Positions 60,421-64,000 of a DNA stretch of 64,000 bases are shown in pieces. Source of the stretch: Dehalococcoidia bacterium (GTDB taxonomy: Bacteria; Chloroflexota; Dehalococcoidia; SpSt-223); the NCBI GenBank assembly GCA_025054935.1, contig JANWZD010000006.1, positions 24,228 to 88,227 of the forward strand, in the 5' to 3' direction. Below the pieces are notes generated by a model. It was not told the DNA's origin, did no database searches, and saw only the letters and a program-made list of their open reading frames with translations. Made by a program: the position numbers and the translations under genes. How positions within the stretch are numbered: position 1 is the first letter of the stretch; each line of letters starts with the position of its first letter.

Positions 60421-61197
60421 CTACCGGCTGCCGAGCCGCTCCCGCAGCCGCGCTGCCGCAGCGACCGGGTCGCTCGGCAGATGCAGCGCCCACGGCGGCG
60501 CGCTCTCCCCGATCACGCCGACGAGAGGCGCGGCGCCGCGCAGACGGTCGAGCGCGCCTGCCCCTTCCACGAGGAGCGCGGGCGCGTCGAGCCGCTGCGC
60601 GAGCCGCGCCACAATTGCGAGGGGAACGCATTCGCCGAGGGAGAGCACCGGCACGCCGTCGCGCGCGAGCAGCACCCCAACGGCGAGCGCCCCGATATCC
60701 GTGCCCATCAGCCCGGCGAGGATCACGGGCGCCCCTTCGCGCTCGAAGGCACCGAGCAGCCGAATGAGACGGGCACGCAGCACCTGGCCGGCAAGGTGGG
60801 CCGCCTCGGCGGGCACGTCGTCGCGCTGCAGGATGATCGCGCGCGCCGCCCTCGCCACCCACTCCTCGAGCGAAAGAAGCGCCCCCAGTTCCTCGAGGCG
60901 GCGGAGCAGCATGGCGTAATCCGCCTGCCGCAGCGCGGTCGCAAGCGCCGCCTCCGTCTCCGGCGGCGCCGCGCGCGTGGCGACCGCCGCCGCCGCCTGC
61001 GCGGCGCTCGTTCCACGCTCGCGAAGCTGGCGGATGATCGCCAAGTCTGCCTCAGAATAGAGCCGGCGGCCGCTGGCGGTCCGCTGCGGTCGCGGCACGC
61101 CGTAGCGACGTTCCCAGGCGCGGATCGTATCGGCGGGGACCCCCGTCCGCTTCACGACTGCGCCGATCGTCAGCAGCGGCGTCGATGATTCGCTCAT
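60421..61197 (-). CDS. MerR-family regulator with degenerate CarH/LitR-like cobalamin-binding domain
   Basis: TIGAV..TGV..DTIRAWERRYG..P.RT.SGRRLYS. C-terminal Rossmann-like GAL..LL..G..V..LG..VP. Confidence 0.82.
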   Translation of the reverse strand: MSESSTPLLTIGAVVKRTGVPADTIRAWERRYGVPRPQRTASGRRLYSEADLAIIRQLRERGTSAAQAAAAVATRAAPPETEAALATALRQADYAMLLRRLEELGALLSLEEWVARAARAIILQRDDVPAEAAHLAGQVLRARLIRLLGAFEREGAPVILAGLMGTDIGALAVGVLLARDGVPVLSLGECVPLAIVARLAQRLDAPALLVEGAGALDRLRGAAPLVGVIGESAPPWALHLPSDPVAAAARLRERLGSR

Positions 61198-62121
61198 ACG
61201 CCCGCCTCGCCGACCGGCAGCCCAACGCGCCGCATTAAGCGGAGGGCGTTGGTCGAGGGAGCAAGGCCGTGCCGCAGCCGATAGTCGAAGCGCCTCACCG
61301 CCTCTTCACCGCTCTACTCAACCTGCTCGCGGAAGTGCACGCGCCGCCCCACCCCCGCAAGCTGAGATGCGGACGCGACTGTCACGTCGTCGAGCGCTCC
61401 AATCGCTCTACCGGCGACAAGATACGCCATGACCCGGCGCACCGCGAACTGCCGCTCGGCCATGTTCGTCTCCAACCAGCGGCGCCGGGAGCGCCGCGGC
61501 GTTCCCCCGCCCACGCGACGAGCGCTCGAGACTTCCTCTCAACTCGGCAGCAAGACGAGCGAGCAGAACCAGCGGCTTCTGGAGCTCGACCTTCGGCGCG
61601 AGTTCGCGGACCGCCGCTTGCCGGCGGCGCGCCTCCTCAAGCGGTGCCGGAGGGAGCAGCCAGCGCGCAAGCACCGGCTCGGCAGGCGTCCCCCCGACGC
61701 AGTCGAGGAGATAGAACTGCGGCGCGCGTCCGACCAGGCCGAGGTTGGCGGCAGCGGGGTGCCCCTCCGGCGGGCGGGGTCGATGGCGGACCGGAACCTC
61801 CTCCCCTCGGCGCAAGAAGCGCAACTCCGCCTCTGCGTTCAGCTGCTCGAGCAGGCGCAGGCGTCGCCGCCGGCCTTCAAGGCGGCCGCGGACCAGAACG
61901 AGCGCCGCTGGTCCGCCCGCTGCCGCCGCACGGGAGACGTTCTGGACGAGAACCCCGCCGACGACGAGAACCGCCGCGCCCAGCCGGCCGTTCGCGACGA
62001 GGCTCCAACGCCGTTCCACCCTCAGCTGCTCGGCCCGATAGCGGGCGCTCCGTCCGCAGTAGAAGGAAGCTGCCGGGAACGCAGCCGCCGCCGAGGGGGT
62101 GGCTGTCTGGAGGAGCGACAT
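61194..62121 (-). pseudogene. MutS-related (membrane-anchored MutS-V ATPase family) pseudogene with large internal deletion
   Basis: N-part HPAAANLGLVGRA..LARWLLPPA..RRQAAVRELAP, frameshift, C-part TNMAERQFA..AIGA..VHFREQVE*..FDYRLRHG..STNALRLMRRVGL. Walker A region absent; internal TAG. Confidence 0.78.
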
Positions 62122-62132
62122 TCTTGTGCGCG

Positions 62133-62636
62133 CTACTCCATCGCGAAGTGCCCATTCGCTCGAACGCAGACATGACCGTCCGGGTTGATCGGCGCGCCGC
62201 AGAGGGGACAGCGCGGGCGACCGGCCGCGACGATCTCCTCAATCTGGCGGCTCAAATTTTTCAGCATTGCGCGGTTCGCACGGCAGACGAAATCTGGTGC
62301 TTCGTTCTCGCTGGTTTCGGGAAGATAGACAACAACGACGAAAAGGTCGCTCGATTCATCGAAGCCGAGCCCCAGCCGCCCGACCGGCGCGTCGATCGTT
62401 TCGAACGTGGAAGCGCTTCCCGTCGGCACCATGCCTTCGCCCGCATGTTCATCCATCTGGGCGAGGAGCTGCTCAATGGCCAAGCCGAGCGCTTGGAGCT
62501 GCTCCTTTTCGATCCAGAGGGAAGCCAATTCCTGCTCGTTCGCGATCAGCAGCCGGAAGGTGCGACGGCCCGGCGGGCCATAGGACTCGGCGTCTAAGCG
62601 GACGACCGGCCCAAAATCGCGTGGTGTGCTCGCCAT
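62133..62636 (-). CDS. DUF3090-family protein
   Basis: GPPGRRTFRL, SLWIEKEQLQAL, C-terminal AGRPRCPLCG.P.NPDGHVC.R.NGH zinc motif. ATG at 62636. Confidence 0.85.
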   Translation of the reverse strand: MASTPRDFGPVVRLDAESYGPPGRRTFRLLIANEQELASLWIEKEQLQALGLAIEQLLAQMDEHAGEGMVPTGSASTFETIDAPVGRLGLGFDESSDLFVVVVYLPETSENEAPDFVCRANRAMLKNLSRQIEEIVAAGRPRCPLCGAPINPDGHVCVRANGHFAME

Positions 62637-62743
62637 CGGTCGCGAGTTGTCCCTTCGCCAAAATTCCGCCGCGCCCGAGGATGCAGTCGTCCCCGGCTGT
62701 CGGCAATTATACGGAACCATCTTGGATCTCCTGGGAGGGCGGC

Positions 62744-63502
62744 ATGGCGGGCATCCGGCGAGGCTACCTGCGCCTTGAACACGGCCTCGTGCACCTTCGC
62801 TATGGAGGACGCGGCGCGCCGCTCATCGTCCTCCACGACGCTGGGCAGTCCTCGGCGACCGCAGAGCGCCACAATCTGCTCGCCCAGCTGGGAGACCGGT
62901 TCCGCGTCTACGCCCCTGACCTCCCCGGCCACGGCAGAACTGACCCTTGGCCAGTTCCACCGACGCTGGCCGACCTCGCCGACTTCGTGCGCGCTGTCGC
63001 CCACGAGATGGGCGACCCGTCGGTGCGCGTTCTCGGCATCGGGCTCGGCGCCCTGATCGGCGCGCAGCTTGCTGGGAGCGCTCCTCATGCTGTAGAAGCG
63101 CTGGTCTGCGCCTTCCCCCCGGCCTTCCCCCGCGAGCAGTGGTCGATCGACAGCGACGGGGAGCGCCTTAGGAGGAATTTTGCGCATTGGCACGCGCGCT
63201 TAGCCGACCAGCCGAACGGGCTCGCCGAAGCGACCTCCCTGACCGTCGAAGAGGCCGAGGCAGGAGCGCACGGCGCTCAGGCCGCTGAGCTCAGCCGCGC
63301 AGCCGACCGTCGGCGGCTGTTTGGGAAGCTCGAACGATCGACACTGCTGATGGCAACGCTCGGCGACCCCCAGTTTGACCTTCTGAACGACCTTGCAGAC
63401 GGCAACCCGCGCCTTGAACTCGCTCTTGCCCCCCCGGGACCGCTGTTCGGCGCCTTCGAGCCGGCAACGTTCCGGGCAACGGTTGAAGATGTCCTCTGGT
63501 AA
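62744..63502 (+). CDS. Alpha/beta-hydrolase-fold protein lacking the nucleophile Ser
   Basis: PLIVLHD, YAPDLPGHG, elbow reads GIGLGA. SD GGAGG before ATG at 62744. Confidence 0.75.
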   Translation: MAGIRRGYLRLEHGLVHLRYGGRGAPLIVLHDAGQSSATAERHNLLAQLGDRFRVYAPDLPGHGRTDPWPVPPTLADLADFVRAVAHEMGDPSVRVLGIGLGALIGAQLAGSAPHAVEALVCAFPPAFPREQWSIDSDGERLRRNFAHWHARLADQPNGLAEATSLTVEEAEAGAHGAQAAELSRAADRRRLFGKLERSTLLMATLGDPQFDLLNDLADGNPRLELALAPPGPLFGAFEPATFRATVEDVLW

Positions 63503-63528
63503 CATCGACACCACCGCAAGGAGGCGCG

Positions 63529-63914
63529 ATGGCAACTCTCCCCGCCACAGCGATCGTCGCCGCATTCAGCGACGCGGTCTGGCGCAAGCGCGATCTCGAC
63601 GCTATCGACCGGTATTTCGGGGACGACTACGAGGACCCCGAGATCACCGGCGAGCCCCGGGCAGGATTGAAACAGTTTTTCTCCGCCTACTTCGCGGCCC
63701 GCCCAGACTTCCAGCTGACCGCCGAGGACTACATTACCGAAGGCGACCGCGTCGTGCAGGTGATCAGCGGAGAGTTCACGAACACGGATGAGCCCGCGCC
63801 CCCGTCGGCGTGAAGATGATGATGCGCGAGATCAACATCTTCACCGTTCGAGACGGCAAGATTGTCAGCCGGTTCGGCATCGGTCGCTCGCTGCCGGCAG
63901 AGGGCGCTGCGTAG
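63529..63914 (+). pseudogene. SnoaL-like ester cyclase with a single frameshift near 63800
   Basis: SD AAGGAGG. Frame 1 runs to ..EGDRVV..GEFTNT. The -1 frame continues VGVKMMMREINIFTVRDGKIVSRFG..* (TAG at 63914). Confidence 0.75.
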
Positions 63915-63916
63915 GG

Positions 63917-63939
63917 AGGCTAGGCGATCCTCCTAGCCT
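63917..63939 (+). terminator. Perfect 8-bp hairpin just after the SnoaL stop
   Basis: aggctagg-N7-cctagcct; no U-tract. Confidence 0.35.
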
Positions 63940-64000
63940 GGGGCGGCGCGTTGCGAGGACCGCTCTGCCCTCCCGAGAAGCGCGGCGAGCTCTCGAACTG

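Overview
High-GC bacterial chromosomal window, most consistent with Chloroflexota (Dehalococcoidia-like). This is inferred from the homodimeric GlyRS, the DapL lysine pathway, a Gram-positive/Chloroflexi-type SOS box, expanded LLM/CoA-transferase/MmgE families and the DnaA N-terminus. Housekeeping genes (fabF, pyrG, miaA-dapF-dapL-hflX, glyQS-sbcD, dnaA) are interspersed with catabolic genes, a GT-C/GT2 surface-glycosylation cluster headed by a Tat-exported FG-GAP propeller, and several decayed genes. I saw no rRNA, tRNA, CRISPR array, IS or prophage. The best leads are: (1) a chromosomal Rad52/Sak-like annealase with a near-consensus sigma70 promoter overlapped by a GAAC-N4-GTTC SOS box; (2) a long, multibranch-structured 5' leader on a dnaA that has no dnaN or DnaA boxes nearby; (3) hflX that apparently must start at ATC, and an MmgE gene that apparently starts at ACG; (4) an aldehyde dehydrogenase with a protein-level-conserved Gly/Pro repeat tail; (5) small unannotated ORFs with good expression signals. 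All family assignments come from motif recognition by eye, not database searches.
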